Origin: Laspinema olomoucense D3d
GTDB lineage: Bacteria; Cyanobacteriota; Cyanobacteriia; Cyanobacteriales; Laspinemataceae
Reading direction: 5' to 3' (one strand)
NCBI RefSeq assembly: GCF_025370715.1
Contig: NZ_JAMXEY010000002.1
DNA length: 64,000 bases
This document shows, piece after piece, positions 41,222-50,866 of this stretch. Numbering within the stretch: the stretch's first letter is position 1; every line of letters begins with the position of its first letter. The notes beneath the pieces were generated by a model, which was given only the letters and a program-made list of their open reading frames with translations, searched no databases and was not told the origin of the DNA. The position numbers were made by a program, and so were the translations under genes.

Positions 41222-43513
41222 ATGGATACACGAGTAAAATCCCGAATGGATAAAGAACCTAGACGGGCAAAAAAACATGAAGTCAAACCCGACTTGGACT
41301 GGCTCAAATTCATCCATAACCGGGGAATCCAAATCCGTACAGAGCATCTGCTTCGATATCCTCGCCGCTATTTGGGTGGGGGAGCGATGATATTACTCAC
41401 TGCAACCCTCGTTCAGTTCCTCTGGATCGGGAATGGGAATGGAAAAAACCTGAAATTAAGCCAAACCGTTGCACCCACAAACTTTACCCCAGAATGGGAG
41501 AATGTCAGTATTGGGGGAGGGGGTTATGTAACGGGAATAGTCATACACCCTCAAGATAGTAACGTAGTATATATTAAAACCGATAATGGCGGTAGTTATC
41601 GCTGGGACGAGAGTGATCTGCGTTGGATTCCCTTGAACGATGAGTTTGACGTCGAGGAGAGTCATTACTATGGTGTGGAAGCCATTGCCCTGGACCCGAT
41701 GAACCCCAATGTTGTTTATATAGCGGCTGGAAAATATCTGCTTGGAGATCCAGGGACTCTCTTCAAATCCACCGATCGCGGTGAAACTTGGGTCAAATCG
41801 AACCTCCAGGTGGAAATGGGTGCGGACGAACAGAAGCGGTGGGCGGGTCAGCGCATTGCGGTCAATCCCTTTGAACCCAACCACTTATTCTTTGGTTCTC
41901 GTCAACAGGGTTTATGGAAATCCGGGGATGGGGGAATCACCTGGCAGCAGCATCAGGGCCTATCGGCAAACCTAAATCCTAAAATTGGCATCTTAGCAAT
42001 CGCCTTTGATCCGCAGACCCCGAACCAAGTCTATTTGAGTGCATACGGCGATGGAGTTTACCAGTCCCAGGATGGGGGCCTATCGTGGAGCAAAATTCCC
42101 GGGAGTCCCTCCACCGCGATGAATCTGGCGATTGCCAGCGATCGCACCCTCTATGTCACCAGCGATCAATCTCCGGGTGTGAGCAAATATATAGAAGGTG
42201 AGTGGCAAGATATCACCCCCAACTCCTGGAAGAAGCAAATTTTTAATGGATTGAGTGTGCACCCCCACCACCCTCAAACCCTATTGGTGATGGAAGGGGA
42301 AAAAGGGTCTGCCAAAATCTATCAGACCCAAGATGGCGGGCGCTCCTGGGTCCAGAATCAGTCCCAGATCCAGAATACCGTTCCCTGGTGGCCGGATAAC
42401 TTTTTCAGTGATCATCCCTCGGCGATCCAATTTGATTACCACAGCCCGAATCGGGCCTGGTTGACGGACTGGTTTGGAATCTGGCGCACAGAAGATATTA
42501 ATGCAAATCCCACAGTCTGGAGGAATTATCAAAGCGGACATGAACAACTGGTTACCTTTACCGTTGTTGCTCCCCCGGAAGGGGCATTACTCTTAAGTGG
42601 CGTTGCCGATGTCGAGGGATTTTATCACAGTCAGGTAGATACTTATCCCCTGCAACGCCTGGGTTACGTCAATCCAGTGGGTTATGGGATGGACTACTTT
42701 CAAGATACTTATAGTATTGCCTATAGCGCCGGTTACCCCTTGGAAATGGTTCGGGTCGGAGGCAGGCGATGGAATTCGACTTATACCGGGGCGCTCTCCC
42801 AAGATGGGGGTCAAACTTGGCGACGTTTTCGTAATTTCCCCGAGGAAAAAATACCCCTCCGGGTTGCTGTTTCTGCCACTGATCCGAAGAAATTTCTGGT
42901 AACCTTTAGCGAAGAACAGCCCCTGCATACCAAAGATGGCGGTGCATCCTGGCAAGCGGTGCAAGGGCTTCCGGATGGATTTAAAGGACCCTGGAATTGG
43001 GCCCAACCCTTAGCTGCCGATGGAGTGAATGGCGCTCGGTTTTACTACTACAGCGATCGCACCATTTATCGCAGTCAAGATGGGGGTTTATCCTTTGCGC
43101 CAGTGCATGATTCTTTACCCGCAGCCGAACGGTATATCCTAAAAACAATGCCGGAGGTTGAGGGAGAAGTCTGGGTGAGTTTAGAGGCAGGCGGACTTCA
43201 TCGGTCTAAGAATGGGGGCGCAACTTTCAATCCCATTTCTACGGTTGAGCGCTCAGATTTATTCTCTTTTGGGAAACCGCCAGACCAGAGCAAGATTCCG
43301 GCATTATATCTGTATGGAAGGTTAACCGATGGCCGCGAAGGCATCTTTTTATCCTTAGATTTAGGAGAAACCTGGCGTAATATCGATGATCCTAACCGAC
43401 CGATTGGCAGTCTAGCAAATAGCATGGACGCCAGTAAACAGCAGTTTGGTTTAGTTTTTGTGGGGACGAATGGTAGAGGAATTTATTATCAAACCCTTCA
43501 ACCCGATAATTAA
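41222..43513 (+). CDS. Membrane-anchored BNR/Asp-box repeat beta-propeller protein (GH74/sialidase/sortilin-like); putative polysaccharide-processing glycosidase
   Basis: At least 9 S-x-D-x-G-x-T-W Asp-box units: STDRGETW, SGDGGITW, SQDGGLSW, TQDGGRSW, SQDGGQTW, TKDGGASW, SQDGGLSF, SKNGGATF, LDLGETW. N-terminal basic cytoplasmic tail and TM GGGAMILLTATLVQFLWIG. Confidence 0.8.
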   Translation: MDTRVKSRMDKEPRRAKKHEVKPDLDWLKFIHNRGIQIRTEHLLRYPRRYLGGGAMILLTATLVQFLWIGNGNGKNLKLSQTVAPTNFTPEWENVSIGGGGYVTGIVIHPQDSNVVYIKTDNGGSYRWDESDLRWIPLNDEFDVEESHYYGVEAIALDPMNPNVVYIAAGKYLLGDPGTLFKSTDRGETWVKSNLQVEMGADEQKRWAGQRIAVNPFEPNHLFFGSRQQGLWKSGDGGITWQQHQGLSANLNPKIGILAIAFDPQTPNQVYLSAYGDGVYQSQDGGLSWSKIPGSPSTAMNLAIASDRTLYVTSDQSPGVSKYIEGEWQDITPNSWKKQIFNGLSVHPHHPQTLLVMEGEKGSAKIYQTQDGGRSWVQNQSQIQNTVPWWPDNFFSDHPSAIQFDYHSPNRAWLTDWFGIWRTEDINANPTVWRNYQSGHEQLVTFTVVAPPEGALLLSGVADVEGFYHSQVDTYPLQRLGYVNPVGYGMDYFQDTYSIAYSAGYPLEMVRVGGRRWNSTYTGALSQDGGQTWRRFRNFPEEKIPLRVAVSATDPKKFLVTFSEEQPLHTKDGGASWQAVQGLPDGFKGPWNWAQPLAADGVNGARFYYYSDRTIYRSQDGGLSFAPVHDSLPAAERYILKTMPEVEGEVWVSLEAGGLHRSKNGGATFNPISTVERSDLFSFGKPPDQSKIPALYLYGRLTDGREGIFLSLDLGETWRNIDDPNRPIGSLANSMDASKQQFGLVFVGTNGRGIYYQTLQPDN

Positions 43514-43772
43514 ACCGCTGCTGCGCTCCCGGAACTTCCCCTTGTGAACAGAGAGGGAGGGACCAATATCTGATGAATTCTCCCAGGAGCTTCGGCTTCA
43601 TCAACACTACTTTTTAAGGCAGGGACGGTTGCTTATGAAATTCATGAACATCAATGAGGAAACAACATTATTTTCAGGTGCGCTATCGAACCCAAGTATC
43701 TAGTTTTAAATCAGAAATTAACGCTGAGCTTTATCTTATTCTCATTGTTATGAATCTCATAAAGGTGTCATC

Positions 43773-45212
43773 ATGAATATATTTTCAACCCTTCTGAAAC
43801 CCCAAAACATTCATTCTTTGGCTATCCCTCAAAAAAATTCCAATTTAACCCTTGATCGGAATCAGCATAAATGGTTGATTTATGTAATATTTGGATTGAT
43901 AGGAAATGTCGGGATTTGGAGTGCTGCAATTTTTTATACAAAACAGGTCGCGCCGAGCTATCAGAGTGAGTGGACCATTTCCATTCCCGGTTCCAAATTA
44001 TCGGCAAATGTTAATTTACCTGGAATCGGACAAGCCACTTCCAACGTGGAATCCCCCTATAATAGTAGTGCCTCGGACCCCCGAGAAAACTACAAATTCA
44101 TCGCCCGGACTGATGAGGTAATTGAGATAGCAGCCCGTCAAATCAATTTGCCTCCAAAACAATTTGGCAAACCTCGGGTAGAGATATTACTCAACACTAC
44201 CCTCATTGAGTTTAAAATGGAGTCAGATAGTCCTGAATCAGCCCAGAAAAAGGCGATCGCTCTCCAAAATGCGCTAGAGTTAAGGGTACAAGAACTCAGG
44301 CAGCAAGAAATTGATCAACAAAAGAGTAATTTAAGTTCCACCCTTAACTTTGCGGAACATAAATTGCACCTGGCACAGGAGCGGGTATCTGACTACAAAC
44401 GGGAATCGAAGTTGCTCGAAAATGACCAACTTCGAGAGGTATCCGTTAATTTAGAGCATTTAAGGCGACTCCGGTCTGAAAAAATGGCTGAACTAGAACA
44501 AATGCAAGGGCGGTTACAACAGCTTTCCTTAGATATGGGAATTTCTGTTGAAGAAGCAAGGGACGCATTTATTTTGCAATCCGATCCGATATTTCAACAA
44601 TATTTAATAGCCTACAGTCAAGCCAGTACAGATCGGTTGCAATTAAGTGTTCAGTTTCGTCCTGACCATCCTGCTGTAATTGCCAAAACTGAGGAATGGG
44701 AGGCAACGCAATCAGCCGTTCTGCAACGCAGTGAGTTCTTACTAGGACGTCCCGTCCAGGTTGGAAAATTAGAACAATTAAATATACAGGGGAGTAATTC
44801 AGACGGATCCGAACGGAGTAAATTGTTGCAAGAGTTGATTTTCCTTCAGAGCCAACACCAGGGACTCGAAGCGCAAGTGAAGGAGATGGACCAACAGATT
44901 ATTGAGAGCCAAACTCGTCTGTCTATGCTCTCCGTCGAAAAAACTCAGTTAGATAATATTCAAAGGGATGTCCAAATTGCAGAAGCTGTTTTTTCCTCCA
45001 TGTTAACTCGGCTTGACCTAAGTCAGTCGAATATTTCGGCATCCTATCCCCCCATGTTACTACTCACGGAGCCAAATTTACCGTCTAAACCCACTGCACC
45101 TCAGAAATTGCTGCTATTAGCTACGGCAATGGGGTCTATTTTTTTAACATCCGGCCTTTTCGGGTTATGGTATCGCGATCGCCGGATTCACCCCAACCCC
45201 CCCTCTTCCTAA
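43773..45212 (+). CDS. Wzz/GumC-like polysaccharide co-polymerase (PCP) without a BY-kinase domain
   Basis: TM LIYVIFGLIGNVGIWSAAIFY, then periplasmic domain SYQSEWTISIPG with an extended coiled coil (QELRQQEIDQQKSNL...). C-terminal TM LLLLATAMGSIFLTSGLFGLW. No Walker A/B. Confidence 0.75.
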   Translation: MNIFSTLLKPQNIHSLAIPQKNSNLTLDRNQHKWLIYVIFGLIGNVGIWSAAIFYTKQVAPSYQSEWTISIPGSKLSANVNLPGIGQATSNVESPYNSSASDPRENYKFIARTDEVIEIAARQINLPPKQFGKPRVEILLNTTLIEFKMESDSPESAQKKAIALQNALELRVQELRQQEIDQQKSNLSSTLNFAEHKLHLAQERVSDYKRESKLLENDQLREVSVNLEHLRRLRSEKMAELEQMQGRLQQLSLDMGISVEEARDAFILQSDPIFQQYLIAYSQASTDRLQLSVQFRPDHPAVIAKTEEWEATQSAVLQRSEFLLGRPVQVGKLEQLNIQGSNSDGSERSKLLQELIFLQSQHQGLEAQVKEMDQQIIESQTRLSMLSVEKTQLDNIQRDVQIAEAVFSSMLTRLDLSQSNISASYPPMLLLTEPNLPSKPTAPQKLLLLATAMGSIFLTSGLFGLWYRDRRIHPNPPSS

Positions 45213-45254
45213 ACCCCACTACCCCATTCCCATTGTTTCTTTAAATTTGTCTTT

Positions 45255-46514
45255 ATGAAGCATTCCCCGATTCATCCTGAAAATTTACCCGAGACGCTGA
45301 TTTGGTATTATATTATTTCTACTTACCTTCTGTACTTACTCGGGGCTCAGTATGTAGCAGCTACCCTCCTGGGAACTTATTTAGCCTATTGTGTCCTAAA
45401 ACAATGGTGGGAAGAAACTGACAAAACTCCCCCAGAGGACAAAATTGTATTGGCTCCGTTAAATTGGGTATGGATTGCGGCGGTATTGGTCATAGAATTT
45501 TCCTTAATTATCGGACATTTTGATAATAATTTAGGAATAGGGCAACTCATTAAATCTACCATATTCTGGTATAGAGGCTGGGGGCTTTTTGTGTTGTTTC
45601 CCCTAGCGGGTCATTTAAAAATTAGACCTGAAATTATTTATCGAGCAGCCTGTATTCTGTGTTTGCAAACCCTAATACTTACGCCTATTTTCCGTTTTGC
45701 GGCGCTCGTCAATCTTCCTCAACTGGCTTATGTCTCTCCATTTAAACTCTTGGGTGGGGGTGCGCTTCCTTCTGCTGTTAATCTCTTCTATATCATAGAT
45801 ATAGATGAAATTCGATTAGTATTATTTGCCCCTTGGGCACCGGCTTTAGGGCTAGTTGGGAACATTTATTTATGGTTGGTCATGGCAGAACAGGATAGAA
45901 AATGGCGCTTTCTGGGAATCATGGGTGCAGTGGCAATGATTCTCGCCTCTGTCTCACGCATGGCTATGATGGCTTTACCTTTTGTCCCAATTTGTATCTG
46001 GGGCTTAACTCATTGTTTTCGCCCCTGGTTTCAAATCAGCGCCGGATTTTTAACCCCCTTGTTCGTGATGATTTTACCCTGGGTGCGCAATCTCCTAAGC
46101 ACCCTAAAAGAGCGGTTTTATAATGCTCGTCCTGGGTCTTCTAGAGTCCGAAAAGCATTGAAAGAAATGGCTAGACAGAAATGGGAACAGGATGCTCCCC
46201 TGTGGGGGCATGGGATTATGCAAACGAAAGGTCCTAGGGTCACTGGAGGAATGCCAATCGGCTCTCATCACACCTGGCTGGGCATTCTTTATTTGCAGGG
46301 AATATTTGCTTTTATGGCTTTAGGTACTGCGTTTTTTTTGAGTGGTATTGATTTAGGCATTAAAGCCTTTACTCATGAGAATGCGAGAATTGGATTGGCA
46401 ATGATGATAATTTTATTTTTGTTTTCTTTAGGGGAAAATATTGATACGTTAGCCTATTTGTATTGGCCTGGACTGATTTTAGTCGGGCAAGGGTTTAAGG
46501 AAAAATGGACCTGA
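45255..46514 (+). CDS. Wzy-like polysaccharide polymerase / O-antigen ligase family membrane protein
   Basis: About 10-12 TM helices with a large loop containing R-rich motifs (SRMAMMALPF...RPW). Sits with wzx and wzz. Confidence 0.65.
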   Translation: MKHSPIHPENLPETLIWYYIISTYLLYLLGAQYVAATLLGTYLAYCVLKQWWEETDKTPPEDKIVLAPLNWVWIAAVLVIEFSLIIGHFDNNLGIGQLIKSTIFWYRGWGLFVLFPLAGHLKIRPEIIYRAACILCLQTLILTPIFRFAALVNLPQLAYVSPFKLLGGGALPSAVNLFYIIDIDEIRLVLFAPWAPALGLVGNIYLWLVMAEQDRKWRFLGIMGAVAMILASVSRMAMMALPFVPICIWGLTHCFRPWFQISAGFLTPLFVMILPWVRNLLSTLKERFYNARPGSSRVRKALKEMARQKWEQDAPLWGHGIMQTKGPRVTGGMPIGSHHTWLGILYLQGIFAFMALGTAFFLSGIDLGIKAFTHENARIGLAMMIILFLFSLGENIDTLAYLYWPGLILVGQGFKEKWT

Positions 46515-46554
46515 TTTTTATATAGTCTCCCACCTGCTGAACTCTCATCCCGGG

Positions 46555-48777
46555 CTAAAACTCCACCCTGGCACAGATGAAGACGATCGCACTTTCCCAT
46601 TGCACTGTTTGATGGAGGAGATGGCGTTGGAATGCCTCCGCTACTGCCTGAACCTCCGTCAGCGAGAGACTCTGTGCCAATCTGTCCCCATAGCTGGGTT
46701 TTTCCGATTTCGAGGGAGTAAACCAGCGATCGAGCATAGCGGAGGTGATCTGTAATTCCTGGTGCGATCGCTCGATTTGCAACTCGACCCGAAACCCCAC
46801 GGATTCTAAACACTGTTGCAAATCCGCTGCATCCCAATTCACCAGCGGATCCGTAGAGTCTTGATAAATCGCCTCTTCTGCTGCCATCAGGCGATCGCCT
46901 AAATTCCCCGAGAGTCCTTTCCCCCCTAACAACTGATACAAGCGCTGAGTATAACGCGGCAGGGTTTCCCCTAATACTAACCATCCCGACTCTGACAGCA
47001 GAGGCGCTAAACTCCCGGCGATCGCCATTTTATCTGCTTCCCGAACCAGGGCATTTCTCCCCAGAATGCGGTCAAATTTGACTCCAGGGGCTTGTTTGTC
47101 CACGGTTTGCCGGATGTGAGATAAAGAGGATGCCATCACCCTCGGACGCATTAATTCTGGCAGGGATGCAGACTGTTCCATTAAAGCTCTCACTTCGGTT
47201 CCCGGATGGGCGATCGCATACACTCCCCCTTCTGGGACGCGGCGAACTGCCTCCCAAGTGAGTAACCCACTTTGGGCGTTCAAATCCAAAATCAGATGAT
47301 GCCGCTGGGGTTGCGCCATCTCAAATAGTCGATCGCGCACCTCTCCGAGGCGATCACCGACTTGTCCTAAAGTGCGCTGCAACCAGCGATCGGCACTGCG
47401 ATCGGTAGGACCATAAGTGAGAACCTCTGCCGGGGCCACCCCGACCCCTTCCACCATTGCTGCTAACTGCGCTTCCCGCCGTCGCGCCACCTGGGTGGCA
47501 ATTTCTCCCTCCTTCCCCTGAGTAGACGGTTGATAAAACACCTGTCCCTGCAAACTTTGGGGTAAATATTGCTGTTCCACCCAATGATCGCGATAGGCGT
47601 GAGGATACAAATATCCCGCACCATGTCCGAACCCCTTTTTATCCCGATTCGCATCTTTCAAATGGCTGGGAACCTCTGCCTCCCGTTCTTTTTCAACGGT
47701 GGCTAAGGCATCAAAAAAGCCCATAATACTGTTAGATTTAGCGGCAGTAGCTAAGTATAACGCAGCTTGGGCTAAATGATACCGTCCTTCGGGCATTCCC
47801 ACGCGATCGAAGCTTTCCGCACAAGCATTTACAATCACCACGGCATGGGGGTCCGCCAGTCCAATATCCTCACTGGCTAAAATCAACATCCGCCGGAAGA
47901 TAAAACGCGGATCTTCCCCGGCATAAACCATTTTGGCTAACCAGTACAGGGCAGCATCTGGATCGGAACCGCGTAAACTTTTAATAAAGGCACTGATGGT
48001 ATCAAAGTGAGCATCGCCTTCTTTGTCATATAAAACCGCCCGTTTTTGGATGGATTCTTCCGCTACTTCCAAGGTGATGTGAATTTTGCCAGTGTCATCG
48101 GGGGGTGTGGTTTCCACTGCCAATTCTAAGGCATTCAACAGCGATCGCGCGTCCCCATTGGCAACATCAACGAGATGAGCCATTGCCTCAGCATCCAGAT
48201 GGACCTTAAGATGTCCATATCCGCGATCGCTATCTTTTAAAGTTTGCTCACAAATGTGCTGTAAATCCCTGGGAGTTAAAGGAGTCAGTTGAAAAATGCG
48301 CGATCGACTGACTAAGGCTTTATTCACTTCAAAATAGGGATTTTCGGTGGTGGCGCCAATCAGAATAACCGTGCCATTTTCCACCCAAGGTAAGAGAGCA
48401 TCCTGTTGGGATTTATTAAACCGATGGACTTCATCTACAAATAAAATCGTCCGTTGATCAGATTCCTGCCGATGCTGTTGAGCCGAGGCGATCGCCTCCC
48501 GAATTTCCTTCACCCCAGAAAGCACGGCATTAATAGCAATAAACTGAGCTTGGGTACTATTGGCAATTACCCGCGCTAAGGTGGTTTTTCCCGTCCCGGG
48601 AGGACCATAAAAAATCAAAGAGGAGAGTTGATCCGCCTGAATTGCCCGACGCAACAACCGGCCCTCTCCTAAAATATGGTCCTGTCCTATAAATTCGTCC
48701 AAAACCCGGGGCCGCATCCGCGCCGCCAATGGTGCATCTTTATCAAGATTGGGTTGTGTTTTTGTCTTATATTTCAT
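46555..48777 (-). CDS. rarA: RarA/MgsA-type AAA+ ATPase (replication-associated recombination protein A) fused to a ~300-aa class-I methyltransferase-like C-terminal extension
   Basis: N-terminal 440 aa: [20 protein letters not shown], Walker [17 protein letters not shown], Walker [21 protein letters not shown], sensor 2 and MgsA C-domain through [18 protein letters not shown]. The extension has a motif-I-like block [18 protein letters not shown]. Confidence 0.85.
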   Translation of the reverse strand: MKYKTKTQPNLDKDAPLAARMRPRVLDEFIGQDHILGEGRLLRRAIQADQLSSLIFYGPPGTGKTTLARVIANSTQAQFIAINAVLSGVKEIREAIASAQQHRQESDQRTILFVDEVHRFNKSQQDALLPWVENGTVILIGATTENPYFEVNKALVSRSRIFQLTPLTPRDLQHICEQTLKDSDRGYGHLKVHLDAEAMAHLVDVANGDARSLLNALELAVETTPPDDTGKIHITLEVAEESIQKRAVLYDKEGDAHFDTISAFIKSLRGSDPDAALYWLAKMVYAGEDPRFIFRRMLILASEDIGLADPHAVVIVNACAESFDRVGMPEGRYHLAQAALYLATAAKSNSIMGFFDALATVEKEREAEVPSHLKDANRDKKGFGHGAGYLYPHAYRDHWVEQQYLPQSLQGQVFYQPSTQGKEGEIATQVARRREAQLAAMVEGVGVAPAEVLTYGPTDRSADRWLQRTLGQVGDRLGEVRDRLFEMAQPQRHHLILDLNAQSGLLTWEAVRRVPEGGVYAIAHPGTEVRALMEQSASLPELMRPRVMASSLSHIRQTVDKQAPGVKFDRILGRNALVREADKMAIAGSLAPLLSESGWLVLGETLPRYTQRLYQLLGGKGLSGNLGDRLMAAEEAIYQDSTDPLVNWDAADLQQCLESVGFRVELQIERSHQELQITSAMLDRWFTPSKSEKPSYGDRLAQSLSLTEVQAVAEAFQRHLLHQTVQWESAIVFICARVEF

Positions 48778-49013
48778 TATCCCGATTAAAACTAATAAAA
48801 CCTAAATTTCAGTCTTTTCTTAAGTCGGTAGTAACGATTTCAGTCGTTTTCTTAAGTTCACCATCCCGACTTGCTGTCGTTCTCTTGCAAAATACCAGTT
48901 TGGTCACTCCAACCCCCTTAAGTCAGGTTGTAGAAACCGATCGCCCTCCCCAAGACATAGAGGAGGGAACCGGATGTGCTCAGACGGAGATTTTCAACTC
49001 AAACCCTGATGCT

Positions 49014-49472
49014 TCATCGGGCACAAACTTCTAACCGTTGAGGGGCGATCGCCGGAAAGTAGTCCTCAGTTAGTCCCCAGACTTTGCATTCAAAACTGGC
49101 ATTAACGCGCTTTCCACTTTTGCGCACGATCGCCCAGTCACAATGGGGTAAAACTTGCTCTAAAAATGTTTCCGCACTCTTGAGAGAGGGGAAGCCAAAA
49201 TAGTCTACCCAGGGTTGTCCGTCAGCGAGTAAAGAGACCCGGCGATCGCCCCTCTCCACGGTTTCCCAATGACTGGTTTTAGGGCAGGACTCTAACAGAT
49301 GATGCCAAGCCTCTAAAACTTGGATGAGTTCGTCTTTTTTGAGGCTTCTCCAAGATTGGGGAGTTCCCAAAATTTTCCCAATGATTCCCGGAGAAAATAC
49401 GGTACTTTTTTGACGGCGATCGATGAGTGCTATCTCGTGGAGCAACTGTTCTTTGTTCAGAGTGATAGCCAT
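49014..49472 (-). CDS. Hypothetical protein
   Basis: Clean 152-aa ORF between real genes. No recognisable motif. Confidence 0.45.
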   Translation of the reverse strand: MAITLNKEQLLHEIALIDRRQKSTVFSPGIIGKILGTPQSWRSLKKDELIQVLEAWHHLLESCPKTSHWETVERGDRRVSLLADGQPWVDYFGFPSLKSAETFLEQVLPHCDWAIVRKSGKRVNASFECKVWGLTEDYFPAIAPQRLEVCAR

Positions 49473-49560
49473 AATAGTTCAGGGGTGGATTTCATCTTAT
49501 CCCTGTACTTATTTTAGCATAAAAATCTGGTAAATCCCCAATCCTCACCCCTAAACCGCC

Positions 49561-50493
49561 TTAGCGCTTGAGATAAATAGATGACCCTTGATTTTCATCA
49601 TCAGCCCCTAAAATTTGGCCTCCCGAAAGGCCAGGTAAAAATTCTAAGGCTTCTATTTTATGACCATTAACCCGATAGAGAGGAACCAGAGAAGAAGCCG
49701 GACGAAATTCCACCTGATCGCCCTTCATTGAGAACAGTCCAGCAGCATAAACTGCCGAATCAAAAGGCCCATCATCTCCGGGGTCGCGAGAGGAAGTGAT
49801 ATAGAGAATGCCAGCATTGCTAATTTTTATATCACTAATGTGACGAACATCTTCCTGCGGCCAAGGAACGGTAATCACTGCCGATCCTTGACCCGAGATT
49901 TGGTATCGGTTCCAGTCAAACCAGCCCCAATAAAGTACCCCTGAATCATCGGGACTACCGCGATGACCCCAAACACCTAGCAATTTTCCATCAATGAGGT
50001 GTAAATCAAAGCCTTCTAAATTAGTATTGTCGGGCAAATTGGGAAGAGAAAAGATTTGGCGCAGTTGAATCGTTCCGGTAGAATCGAGGGTGAAATAATA
50101 GACGCGACCTAAACTGGTGACTGCCATAAAAGCCGAGTCTTCAGTACCTGGGACAAGGGCGATCGCCTCTAAATCGATAGGCCATTCTTCGCCATCAGGC
50201 CACTGGAGGGGTAAATAATTTAAAGAATTTTGTCCCTGAACCGATAAAATAGCAATACGACCGTCTCCCTCTTTTTTATTGTCATGGACGATGACAAAAC
50301 AAGTGGCTGGGGGACATCCCATCTCATCAAGAGAGTGTTCAACTAAGGCGATGCCACTAATACCAAAAAGAATGCCCGTTTTAACGGGACGCCACTGTGC
50401 CGAGGCGGACACCAGTGCCATTAAAAAAATTAGAACTGTAGTGGCAGCAGCGAGGAATAAGGGTGGAACTTTACGCATTTGAGACCTCTCCAA
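49561..50493 (-). CDS. Secreted hypothetical protein, possibly of the phytase-like esterase / beta-propeller type
   Basis: Signal peptide MRKVPPLFLAAATTVLIFLMALVSASA. Blocks NLEGFDL...GKLLGVW and KIEALEFLPG...LGADDEN resemble the esterase-like-activity-of-phytase family (weak). Confidence 0.5.
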   Translation of the reverse strand: MERSQMRKVPPLFLAAATTVLIFLMALVSASAQWRPVKTGILFGISGIALVEHSLDEMGCPPATCFVIVHDNKKEGDGRIAILSVQGQNSLNYLPLQWPDGEEWPIDLEAIALVPGTEDSAFMAVTSLGRVYYFTLDSTGTIQLRQIFSLPNLPDNTNLEGFDLHLIDGKLLGVWGHRGSPDDSGVLYWGWFDWNRYQISGQGSAVITVPWPQEDVRHISDIKISNAGILYITSSRDPGDDGPFDSAVYAAGLFSMKGDQVEFRPASSLVPLYRVNGHKIEALEFLPGLSGGQILGADDENQGSSIYLKR

Positions 50494-50866
50494 CGATAGT
50501 ATCTCCCGTGACGGGTGGTTAAGATGAAGGCGATCGCCGATTGCACCCGAGGAAAATCCCAGAGTTGGAGCTCTCCCGGGTGGGATGAACGACCCGGGAT
50601 AGTGGTATCCGGCGGGAAATTTACCGCATCAAGGGCTTGAGCTTTCAGGGACTAGACTCTATAAACAGACCTAGAGTTCGGATTATTCAACCAACAACAT
50701 GACAGCCCTAGGGCAGAAAGGTACCTCTGGAGTAATACAATATCACTAGAGAATTAAGAGATTAGACCTCAATTTTCGTAAGCCTTCCCAAACAACCAAG
50801 GATAAATCAAGATAAACCCTGCAATTGAGGAAGACACTGCGCCGAATTATTAAATGCCTTTAATTT

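Noticed and set aside
41456-43006. Several 65-142 aa ORFs on the opposite strand inside the BNR propeller gene
   Set aside because: The real gene carries nine Asp-box repeats on the plus strand. The antisense ORFs have no supporting features.
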